From NCBI GenBank assembly GCA_030704615.1, contig CM060731.1, positions 15,500,001 through 15,564,000 of the forward strand: 64,000 nucleotides of DNA, given 5' to 3'. A program made the position numbers and the translations under genes. The notes beneath the pieces are model-generated. The model was not told the origin of the DNA. It did no database searches and saw only the letters and a program-made list of their open reading frames with translations. Positions 24,710 to 36,300 of the stretch are shown piece after piece; the first letter of the stretch is position 1; every line of letters starts with the position of its first letter. This DNA comes from Takakia lepidozioides. Taxonomy: Eukaryota; Plantae; Bryophyta.

Positions 24710-27700
24710 TTACCAGTAATCTCCACAAGAACAAACCCCATCTTGAAAGTGGTGAAAACGGTTGGCATCCCGTACAACGACTACTCGCCCAACAATCTTA
24801 GAGATGAACTTGGTGGCAGTGTGGCAGTCACCACACACCCGAAGGTTTTTGATGATGCGGATAGGTGTCTGAGGGGGAGTGCTGATCAGCCCAAAAGCAA
24901 TGGCCAGCTTCTCACTGTGGTGGCAAAGAGAAAATTCCTTTTGCTCCTCCTCCACGTCATGCAATACAAAGCGATTGTCAGGCACATACCCAATCTCCTT
25001 CATCTTCCCAAACAACCTTTTTAGCTCAGCCTGGATTTTCTCAATCTGTGGATGTGATTTGTCTTCTACAACAAATCTATGCACCTGGTCATTCACCTGA
25101 ATGGAACTGAGCCCTGGCTCCTTTCTGACAGCTCTGTCCTGCATCATTTTTCTCACCTTCACAGTATCATCCCATCTGCCAGCAGCAGCATAGATGTTCG
25201 ATAGCAGGACGTAAGTTGCAGCGTGCTCTGGATCCGACTTGAGAAGGCATTTTGCTGCACGTTCTGCTACCTCCACATTGCCATGTATTCTGCACGCACC
25301 AAGCAAGGCCCCCCACACTCCAGCATCTGCCTCAATTGGCATTTGGTTAACAAAGGCCTCTGCCTCATCCAATTGTCCTGCACGACCAAGAAGGTCCACG
25401 ATGCAGCCAAAATGTTCCACTGTAGGAATGAGCCCATGATCTTGACTCATGGAATCAAAGTAGTAACAGCCTTCCTCCACCAAGCCCACATGACTACATG
25501 CAGAAAGAACACACATAAAGGTGATAAGATTTGGCTTTAAGCGTTGCTGTTGCATTTGTTCAAATAGTCGCAGGGCCTCCTGACCACACCCATGCTGAGC
25601 AAGTCCTGCAATCATAGAGCTCCATGAGACCACATCTTTTTCAGCCATATTGTTGAACAGTTCACAGGCAACTTTTACATCCCCGCATTTGGCATACATG
25701 TTAACAAGTGCATTCTCCAGAATGATGTCAGACGCAATTCCGGCTTTCATGATATCAGCATGCACCTCTCTGCCCTTTTCCAAGGCAGCCAGGCTGGCAC
25801 ATGCATTGAGAACAGAAATGAATGTGACCTTGTTGGGTGTCACCCCTTCTAGTATCATTTGCTCATACATCTCAAAAGCCTCCCTACCACACCCATGCTG
25901 AGCATATCCTGCAATCATCGTGCTCCATGAGACCACATCTTTTTCAGCCATGTCGCTGAACACTTCATGTGCATCCTTCATGCTACTGCATTTCGCATAC
26001 ATGTTGACAAGGGAATTCTCCAATTGAATATATGGCGCAATTCTAGCTTTAATGATGTCGGCATGGACCTGTTTCCCTTTTTCCAGGTCTGCCAGGCTGG
26101 CACATGCATTGATAATGCAAATGAATGTAACATTGCTGGGCCTCACCCCTTCCCGTACCATTTGTCCATGAAACTCGAAAGCCTCCATATGATACCCATA
26201 CTCAGCATATCCTGCGATCATCACGTTCCATGAGACTACATCTCGTTCAGCCATGTTCTCAAACACTTGACGAGCATCTTTCATGTTCCCACATTTGGCA
26301 TACATGTCAATAAGGGCAGTCTCCAGAATGATATCTGGCAAAATTCCAGCTTTGATTATGTCAGCGTGTAGCTCTTCACCCTTCTCAAGAGCACCCAGGC
26401 TGGCAAATGCATAGAGAATGCAAATGAAGGTGACGATGCTGGGTTTCACCCCTTCCAGTTTCATTTGCTCGTATATCTCTAAAGCCTCCCTACCACACCC
26501 ATTCTGAGCATATACGGTGATCATCGCATTCCATGAGACCACATCTCGTTGAGCCATATTGTCAAATACTTGATGTGCATCCTGCATGTTCCCACATTTG
26601 GCATACATGTCAACAAGGGCAGTCTCCAAAATAGAATCCAGGGGAATTCCAGCTTTGATGATGTTAGCATGGACCTCTTTGCCCTTTTCCAGAGTTCCCA
26701 GGCTGGCACATGCGTTGAGAATTCCAATGAAAGTAACTTTGTCTGGCAACACCCCCTCCTGTATCATTTGCTCATACATCTTGACAGCCTGAATACCGCA
26801 CCCATGTCTAGCACATCCTGCAATCATCGTGCTCCATGAGACCACATCTTGTTCAGCCATATTGTCAAATACCTTCTGTGCATCTTTCATATTCCCACAC
26901 TTGACATACATGTCCACAAGCGCAGTCTCCAGAATGATATCTGCCACAATTCCAGCTTTAATAATAGCAGCATGCACCTCTTTGCCTTTATCCAGAGCCA
27001 CCAGGCTGGCACATGCATTAAGAATACAAATAAATGTGACTTTGTTGGCTCTCACCCCTTCCTGTGACATCTTCTCATACATCTCAAACGCTTCCATACC
27101 ATGACCATGTTGGGCATATCCTGCGATGATCGCATTCCATGAGACCACATCTCGTTGCGCCATATTGTCAAACAGTTGACGTGCATCCTTCATGTTCCCA
27201 CATTTGGAATACATGTCAACAAGCGCAGTCTCCAGAATTACATCTGGAACAATTCCAGCTCTGATGATGTTTGAATGGACCTCTTTGCCCTTTTCCAGGA
27301 CTGCCAAGCTGGCACACGCATTGACCACAGAAATTAATGTTACCTTGTTAGGCCTCACCCCTTCCTGTACCATTTGCTCATACATGTTCAAAGACTCCAT
27401 ACCACACCCATGCTGAGCCCATCCTGCAATCATTACATTCCATGTGACCACATCTCGTTGAGCCATATTGTCAAAAATTTGATGGGCATCATTCATGCTC
27501 CCACACTTGGCATACATGTCTGCAAGGGCAGTGTCCAGAATGAGACCTGGTACAATTCCAGCTTTGATGATGTCAGCATGGACCTCCTTGCCTTTCTCAA
27601 GGGCTCCTAGGCTGGCACACGCTTTGACAACACAAAGAAAAGTGACATTGTCAGGCATCACCCTTTCTTCTATCATTTGCTCATAGATCTCCAAAGCCTC

Positions 27701-28565
27701 CCTACCACACCCATGCTTCGCATATCCTGTAATCATTATAGTCCACGTAAACAAATCTCGTTTATGCATTTTGTCAAACACTAGGCGTGCATCCACCAGG
27801 CTACCACACTTGGCATACATATTGACAAGGGTTTTGAGTAAAAAGATGTTTGTCTTGAATCCAGTTTGGATAATGTTGGCATGCACCTGCTTTCCCATTT
27901 CAAGGTCTTCAATTTTGATACACTCCCGCAAGAGGCAGACATAAGTTTCAGAGTCTGCTGAAATGCCTTGTTTATTCAAAATGTGCAGGGCCTCTTTCAA
28001 TTGACCTGTCTGACATACTGTCCTCAAATCCCCGCAACTGCCAGACAAGCTGATGTTGACTGCATGACCAGATTGTGGCTGACCCTGTACCATGGCAGCT
28101 ACTGCTGCTTTCACCCAGGGAGGGGTCGACCTACCCTCAATCCAAAGGACTTCATTTATGCGCTTATGTCTGAAGTCTGGTGAATTTGGATTTTTCTGTG
28201 AAAACCACCAGTTTCGACCTGAGCAGCTATAGCTGTTACCACAGCCTGAAATCGACTCTGGTATAACCAGCAGTGCTCCGAGCATCTTTTATGTAACACG
28301 CAACAACCATGAACAAACGATTCATAGCATAGTACGGACTGCGTTAATCGTTTGTTGCTAACAAAGTCCAAAACTGTCCATAATTAAAGGGACTGGACCT
28401 ACAATCCAGTAAACAAAACACCATCATGCCAGCTTCAGTCACAAACCTCCTTGAGAGACAATTTTGACGTTCTAGCTAGCCTCACCTTATCAACCCTGTT
28501 GTCCCACCATTGTGAAGGATCTGAGAAGAACTCCTGCCAGAGTCGTTCCTTTCTCTTTGCTTGAT
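24710..28565 (-). CDS. PLS-class PPR-DYW protein (organellar C-to-U editing factor) with an N-terminal OSB-type PDF motif; exons 28565-28486 and 28195-24710; true start unresolved
   Basis: (L-S-P)x7-L-S-P2-L2-S2 (26 motifs, 303-bp period), then E1, E2, PG box, HSEKLA, CGDCH and terminal DYW. GT-AG intron at 28485-28196 joins in phase 0. Confidence 0.93.
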
Positions 28566-29520
28566 CTGTGGGGATGAAATACAAGACCATGAGAACTTCC
28601 CTCAGTGGTCACTGGCGGTTGACGCTTGCCCTGCTCCAAGGGTCCACAGCAATAACATCTGTGGTAATACCTCTCTGCATTAATTTCGAATTATTGCTCC
28701 TCTCGAAGCTTGCAACGGGATTTCAAGGCCAGGCGCGACGAGTCCTTACAGAACTCTCGCCCTTCTGGGTAGACCTCCAAAACGGGGTATGCCACAAGCA
28801 TTATGGTTCAAACAAGCAATGCACATAACTACCAATCTCACTCACAAACGATGAGTAGAAAATGAAAAAGTCTACGGCAAAGAGAGCTGTGGACTGTTTT
28901 CTTGACCGAGATAGGCTGCAATTTCTGCTGGGATGGGTCAAGCACGATGTGGAGCCTGGATCGCTCCCATTTGAAACACAAAGTAGTGCGTCGAAATTTC
29001 CCTGTCCATACCTTTCTTCTGCATCCCTGGATGTTGGAGATGCGGCACAGCCCTCACTTGCAGGTGAGCGCGGCCCGACATTGCCCAGCTGGGTACCCAT
29101 TTCAGCTCCACAGAATGGCCCGCACACCTTTTCCATGATGTGAGGCTTTCGGGCCCCTCACGGAAAGGACACGACAGGGCCTTGGGTCCCTCTCTCTGCG
29201 AGCTCAGCACATTGGCGGAGCGCACTGTCATTCCTGTCTGTGAAAGAGAAGAGAAGAGAAAGAATAGAGAAGACAAGAAGAGAGTAGCGCCACTTACATC
29301 AGTTGTAACCGATTTCACTTTAGAGAATCTGTTATGAAACTGAAACATAGCGATTCTTCAGCCTAAGGTAAGGTGTGGTATTAGGCGATTATATATATAT
29401 ATATATTTAGAACAGGGGTTTATATTCTATTTTCAAAAAACTTTACAGTGGCCCCTAATACCTAGGTCAATATCCCGCAAAGGCTAGTACCTATTGACAA
29501 GCCAATACTTGTGCAATACC

Positions 29521-30140
29521 GAGAGAGAGAGAAGACTCCGGCCGAAACCGGCGTACCTCACGGCTACTGCCCCTCTCGGGGGTGGGCCCTATAAAAAAAC
29601 AGGTGTCCATGGACCCGAGGTAACCGGGGGAGAGTGGTACTTAGGGTAGCGGTACCAGGGTATCCTAGGGTACCTTGGGGTACCGAAGAAGGATTGGCTT
29701 CGAGCTGCCGTTTATTGGTAATAATAGCTGTTAGGGAGGTGAGGCGCGGTGAGGTGAATAGCTTTAAAGCATTTGTGGATCGGGGGATAGGGATTTTAAG
29801 AGTATTGTGTAACACGTTTATACTGGCGTTGTGGATGCCGCCTTTAGTTCCAGCTGTGATGACTGATAAGGGACCTGTGTGCCAACCACGCTGGCGGAGA
29901 GCGAGAATGAGAGAGACATATTTTTGTCGTTTCTCTAAGATGGAGGAGGCTGGGTATCGGTCATGACAGTCTGTGAATTCAATGAAGTGAATGGTGAGTG
30001 CTTGGGAGGGGGCAGTGGGTAGAGGGGCATTGATTGGTAAGCCCTGAAAGAGAGAGATGACTCGGGCCGGCCAGGTTGAGAAGGTGATGTCATCTTCATG
30101 TCAAATTTGTCACAGAGGGCTTGTAAAGAGCTTTTCAAAT
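29521..30140 (-). mobile_element. 3' fragment of a restriction-like-endonuclease (RLE) non-LTR retrotransposon, possibly Dualen/RandI-like
   Basis: Translates to IHFIEFTDCHDRYP....EKRQKY..LI..LRQRGW..GPLSVITAGTKGGIH (E..K..KY core of RLE domains), followed by a GC-rich hairpin 3' UTR and (CT)n tail. Confidence 0.65.
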
Positions 30141-30254
30141 AAGCAAAGAACGTTGTCCCCTGTTATTAGAATAGTTTTAGATTTTTTGCTTTTGTAGCCT
30201 AGTCTGTTCAAGTCTGTTATTACATGATGGCTGCTCAGCTATCTACTTGTTGGT

Positions 30255-32665
30255 TCCACAACAAAATCTGAGATTAGTGTACCTCAGTCACCAGTGCACA
30301 AAGGAAAACCTTTGCATAAAAAAATGGTCGAACCCTCCTTGGGTGAAAGCGGAGCTGGCGACCTTTATACTTTGTCAAACATATTCTGCTTATGATTCTA
30401 CTGTTGATGTACACCTTGGCGCTCAACATCAACTGTCTGAACGAGACATTCATACATGGACGAAGATGATGGCAGGTTGTGTCAAGCATGGACATGTTGA
30501 GGAGGCTCTCAAAATCTATGAGCAATTGCGACACGAAGGCGTGACACCAAACAGGGTCACATTCACTTGCGTCTTCAATGGTTGTGCCAGTGTAGGAGCC
30601 CTAGAAAGGGGCAAAGAGGGTTTATGCTGATATCCTTAAAGCTGAAATTGCATTTGATATCATTTTGGAGAATACCCTTATTGACATGTATGCCAAATGT
30701 AGGAGCATGAACGATGCACATCAAGTATTTGATAATACGGCTGAATGGAATGTGGTGTCATGGAGTGTAATCAGTGCTGAATGTGCCTAGCATGGTCATG
30801 GTATTGAGGCCCTGCATCTCTTTGAACGCATGCAACAGTAGGGCATGCAGCCAAACAGTATCACTTTTATATATCTTCTCTCTGTGTGTATTCATGTGGG
30901 CCTAGTGGATGAGGGCCTTCACTACGGTTGTCTGTCTCTTGCTTAAGTGCATCAAGATGAAAGGTCTGGAAACTGGAAAACAGGTGCACACTCATATTAT
31001 CCAAAGTGGGTTCACGCCAAGGATGCGAAGGGAGTTTTCAACACTATGGTTGAACAAGATATTGTGTCGTGGCACGCAATGCACAGCAGGGACGTGGGAT
31101 GGTGGCTTTGGAGACCTATGATCAAATGATGGAAGTTTACAATAACCGAACATCGGAGAGTTCTAATGCAGGAGGGATCTGTGGCAATAAGAGCCTCCAG
31201 GAAGAAAGAGTAAAGCCCAACCACATCACATTTGTGCGCATTTGCAAGCCTGGCAGCCCTGGAAAAAGGCAAAGAGGTGCATGGTTGCATCGCGAAAGTT
31301 GGAATTGTACCAGATGTCATTCTGAACAATACCCTCGTGGACAGGCATGCCAAATGGAGGAGGCATTTCAGCAGATTCAGATACGTTTGTCTGTCTCTTG
31401 CTTAAGTACATCAAGATGAAAGGTCTGGAAGCTGGAAAGCAGGTGCACACTCACATTATCCAAAGTGGATTCACGCCAAGTGTTTTTCTCCTCAACACCC
31501 TTGTCAACATGTCAAACCTGTGAGCTTTGGAAAAGGGGAAAGAGGTCCATGGTGACATCGTCAAATGCTGGAATTGTACCAGATGTCATTCCGAACACTG
31601 CCCTAGTGGACATGTATGCCAAATGTGGGTGCATTAAGGATGCGAAGGGAGTTTTCAACATTATGGCTGAACGAGATGTGGTATCATGGAAGACGATGCT
31701 TGCAGGGTATGCATAACAAGGACGTGGTATGAAGGCTTTGGAGACCTATGATCAAATGATGGGGGAAGGGGTGAAGCCCGACCACATCACATTTGTGTGC
31801 ATTTGCGATGCGTGTGAAAGCCTGGCAGCTCTGGAAAAGGGGAACGAGGTCCATGGTGACATCGTCAAAGCTGGATTTGTACCATATGTCATCCTGAACA
31901 CTGCCCTGATGGACATGTATGCCAAATGTGGGTGCATTAAGGATGCAGAGGGAGTGTTCAACAATATGGCTGAACGAGATTTGTTGTCATGGAATGCCAT
32001 GCTGGCAGGATATGCACAGCAGGGTGTGGGATGGAGGACTTGGAGACCTATGAGCAAATGATGGGGGAAGGGGTGAAGCGCGACCACATCATGTTTGTGT
32101 GCGTGTGCAAGCCTGGCAGCCCTAGAAAAGGGCAAAGAGGTACATGGTTGTATCGACAAAGCTGGAATTGTACCAGATGTGATTCTGGACAATATCCTCG
32201 TGGACACGTATGCCAAATGTGGGAGCATTGAGGATGCGGAGGAAGTATTCAACAATATGGCTGAACGAGATTTGGTGTTATGGAATGCCATGCTGGCAGG
32301 ATATGCACAGCAGGGGCGTGGGATGGAGGACTTGGAGACCTATGAGCAAATGATGGGGGAATCGGTGAAGCGCGACCACATCACATTTGTGTGCGTGTGC
32401 AAACCTGACAGCCCTGGAAAAGGGCAAAGAGGTGCATGGTTGCATCGGCAAAGCTGGAATTGTACCAGATGTGATTCTGGACAATACCCTCGTGGACATG
32501 TATGTTTAATGTAGGAGCATTGAGGATGCGGAGGAAGTGTTCAACAATATGGCTGAACAAGATTTGGTGTTATGGAACGCCATGCTGGCAGGATATGCAC
32601 AGTAGGGGCGTGGGATGGAGGACTGGGAGACATATGAGCAAATGATGGCGGAAGAGGTGAAGCGC
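30255..32665 (+). pseudogene. PLS-PPR pseudogene mosaic, paralogous to the PPR-DYW gene, with a decayed PDF motif
   Basis: KENLCIKKWSNPPWVKAEL then P/L/S motifs with stops and frameshifts; the first-L motif GISADSDTFVCLL..GKQVH occurs twice (~30930 partial, ~31360); no E/DYW. Confidence 0.9.
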
Positions 32666-33349
32666 AAAAAATGTATCTTTGGATATACGGTCATTATCTA
32701 TTATATCAAAATGCTAATGTCCACCGTAAACAATAAAAACTTGGACATGTGTGTAACTTCAAATAATATGGAAAAACAAAATGTTAATGCGGAGAGGCAG
32801 ACAAAATAAACGATCAACTCCGGAACAAATATGCATTAAATAAAAGACCACCAAGATTTTTCATGAAACCGTGGCATTAAATCAAAGTCCAAACTATTTG
32901 AAATTTACACCAATTGCATAAAGATGAAAAAGATATCATATAAACAACATTCATAATCCAAATCCAAATCTGCTTATTGTATCAAAATGAGCCACATCAT
33001 TAGACCGGTCAAATGAATCTTGAAATGAAATATAGAAAAAAAATACAGAAAAATACAGAAATACAGAAAAGGGGTTCCACTCCCCCTCACTTCTTGGGCA
33101 TAGATAGAGGTAGCTGCATCAAACAATGAAATACATAGATGTGACATACAAAGATATAAGACCATGGGATGACCCACCCCTTTTTGTACCAATTGAACGT
33201 AGTTCTAAGAATTCGTTGCTAGTATTGCGGAGCAACGTGAAGCAATAATACTTAAGAGTCCAAGTTGGTTTCATGCTGTGGTGGGTAGCGTGATGATAAG
33301 GTGATAGTGTTTCAAGGCGTCGGGGTTCCGAGTTCGATTCTTGATGGGG

Positions 33350-33570
33350 AGGCTCTTGTAGTGTAACCCGGGTACCAGTCCAAATCTGTGCAACCCTATG
33401 TAACCCCGGCCTCTCATGCAACTTTAGTTAGTCCATTTTATACCTAGCCACATTTGGACTTAGTCAAATTTCGAGATCAAGTGTGGGTTACACCGATTGG
33501 AGTTACACTCTATTCTGTTTCACCTCGCGTGGAGTTACACACATCGTCGTGTAACCCCGACTTGAGTTTC
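33350..33570. repeat. Cluster of GTAAC/GTTAC motifs in both orientations (possible DNA transposon subterminal region)
   Basis: gtgtaaccc, gggttacac, ggagttacac x2 and gtgtaacccc within about 200 bp. Confidence 0.4.
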
Positions 33571-33684
33571 CTTCGGTTCCATGTCATTCTCAAGAGAGGG
33601 TGGGGAAGATTTGACATGCCATAAACCGGCATACCTACCTGTCGGAGGTTGCATGTGTGCATTCAGTTCTTACATTATTTCTAC

Positions 33685-33965
33685 TATGGTAGCCTGTGCC
33701 GTTGGCCCAAGTGTCCAGTGTCATCTAAGTCCAAGTGCGTCTCCTATGTCGAGGCCCAAATGCGATCTCTAGGATAGCTTGTGCTGTTGGCCCAAGTGTC
33801 CAATGTCATCAAAGCCCAAGTGTAAGATCTCCTATGTCGAGGCTCAAGTGCGACCTCTAATGTAGCCTATGTCGTTTGCCCCATATGTGAAGAATTGAAA
33901 TCTAAGATCAATAGATCCTAAGATAGCCCGTGCCGTTGGCCCAAGTATCCAATGTCATCTAAGTC
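33685..33965. repeat. ~85-bp tandem repeat, about 3 copies
   Basis: tagcc.gtgc.gttggcccaagtgtcca.tgtcatc recurs at ~33690, ~33775 and ~33923. Confidence 0.8.
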
Positions 33966-35099
33966 ATTCAAGTCTAATCAGTTTTTTCCAACAGAGCCTA
34001 CGACCATATTTGAACCGGAGACCTTTCCCTTTAAATCTCTCCAGTTGAGGCTCCAACCACTATCCAGGAATGCCCACTTTGCCATTTTTGCTATTTTTTG
34101 TGAATTTCCAGCGACCAAAAGTACTTGGAATTTGACATCTCCCACACCGCATGTCCAAAAATCGTGAGACCAAGCCCGTGCACCCCTCCTCGAGGGCTTT
34201 CCAACGGTATCAAGCACCAGGGCTAGGGCCTTGCGGTTCGGGACATCTCAACGTGACAAAACAAACAAAACAAACAAAACAAACGTCTCTCGCTTCATAT
34301 ATTGATTATCTTCCGGTCAACTCTGGTTATTTTCTCCTCTCACTATAATTAAGGGGCCTTGAGGTATTTCCAAAAAGAGAAAAAAAAAAACCGTGGGTTA
34401 TGAAAATATCCAAATAACTGCCCAACACGGTGTGCATTCAATCCATGCTTCAACAAGGTCACTTGGCAATCTCGTGTAGTCAAGGTAAGGTCGGTGTGTG
34501 AGGCAAGTAATTGAGTCAAGCATGTGTGCACAAAATTTCATCTCACAATATGCAGATTTCATCCTTTGTAGACCAGGTAGGTGAATCTGTGAACAATTAT
34601 GCTGGCTATACTTCTTTTGCCATCCAATAGCCATCTATGCTAAAAGCAAAGTAGCCATGCCCAATGCCCCCTATAAACAGAAATAGCCTGAACAGAAATT
34701 TTTGGCTAAACCCCAGCCATTCCTCTCTAACCAAATGTAGTCAGTGGCTACATCTAGAAAACTCACCAAATTCATGATTCAAGTTCAGCAGAGATGAAAA
34801 TAATGCAACAACGGTGATAAAAATATGCCCAAGTCCTAGAGATACAAAGGAAGCGCTTCTTTGCTCCAAAATGATGAATGCTAGTTGAGTGCGAGACCCT
34901 AGTCCCAGTCGAGCTCACTAGCATGCCCAACCACCCGAGTGCCCTGCATGTGGGCCCAAGTTGCAAGGCAAACTCAATGATTATGCAAAATCAGGAGCTG
35001 GAGTTAAATGGGGCATACGTGTGAATGACATCTGATAAAATTCCAGCTTTGATGATGTCAACTACTTCCCCTCTTTCCATATATTCCCACAATCATGAC

Positions 35100-36300
35100 T
35101 GTTTTTTGACAGTTAGCCCTACCTTTTTTGTGACATGTCAATTTTTTTTTTGACTTTCACTGTGACAGACAACTTTGAGAAAATGCCTTTCATATGACAT
35201 GTTGACAGATTTTTGACCTTTCACACAATTTTGTCATATAAATACGAAAAATGAAAAGAAGTGTGAACTTCTTACAACTACAATTAGTGAAGCTCCAGTC
35301 CGTGAATACATATGGTATAGTCTTTACTATTTTCATGGGTTCTAACCCAAACATGTAGCATTCGTCCCAATTATTCTCTAACTATAAGACTTTAGCATTT
35401 TTAACCTCTTCATAGCCCCAAGCCTCTCTTCTTTGAGAGAGATTTTCTTGGCTTATCAATGAGCTAAGAAATACGATATGCCAGTTGATTGTAAGTTTGT
35501 AGGTAAAGATTTTGAGTCATGCAAGATGGCCGTGCCGAATTAGGTGCAGTTGTTTGAATATGGCGCCTCCTCCACAACAAATGCTTGAGAAACAGGATCA
35601 GGAAAGGGACTCTAAGAAATTTCTGGCATTGTTGTGGCTGTGGGTACACTGTGTAAGGGAGAACAAGTCAAACAGACACGTGCACGTTTTGACCCAGCAA
35701 TTCATTTCGGCCGCCAAACTCCAGTACTTAATTGTGCATTTAACAAGGGTGTATCAAGAGTAAAGACCTAGAAACGGGAAGTAACGGGAAAGCAAGTGCA
35801 TGCCCACATTATCCAAAATGGATCTGAGCCAAATATCCGTCTACTCAATACCCTTGTCAAAAATAAAATAAAATAAAAAAATAAACCTAAGAATGGAGGC
35901 TAGAGCACGTAGAGGAAGCAAAGAGGGAGAGCCTAGAGGTTTAAGGCTTAAAACACAAAGGGCAACTGGCCTTGGTGAGGCTCCCCTAGGTGGACTTACT
36001 AACAAAATTGCTTATAACTATGAGTAATCAGTGGCAGTGTACCTTTCAGGCTTTGTGAACCTCTCCGAGGTGGGCTTAGTAATAATTATCAAAAATTTCT
36101 GCCTTTCTTTTGACAGGCTTTTTTTTTTTGACTTTCACTGTGACAGGCATTTTTTTCTCAATGCCTTTCTTTTGACTGGCTTTTTATTTTTTGACTTTCA
36201 CTGTGACAGGCATTTTTTTCTCAATGCCTTTCTGTTGACAGGCAGATTTGTTTTTTGCGTTTTTTTGCCTGTCAAATGCCTTGTGACAGGTGCAAAAATC
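35100..36300. repeat. TGACA-rich repeat blocks at 35100-35240 and 36100-36300, including a ~60-bp tandem duplication
   Basis: tttttttgactttcactgtgacag at ~35145, ~36123 and ~36187. Confidence 0.65.
35730..35860 (+). pseudogene. Short PPR gene remnant (first L-S motifs)
   Basis: CIKSKDLETG..KQVHAHIIQNGSEPNIRLLNTLV matches the first L/S motifs of the intact gene. Confidence 0.7.

Noticed and set aside
24710-25130. U-to-C (DYW:KP-type) editing domain
   Set aside because: PG box, HSE, CxxC and terminal DYW indicate the canonical C-to-U type.
28196-28285. ORF-track N-terminus MLGALLVIPES... of the PPR protein
   Set aside because: It lies inside the predicted GT-AG intron; the spliced alternative restores a complete conserved motif.
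33685-33965. CRISPR-like array
   Set aside because: Eukaryotic context, the spacers are themselves repeated, and there are no cas genes.
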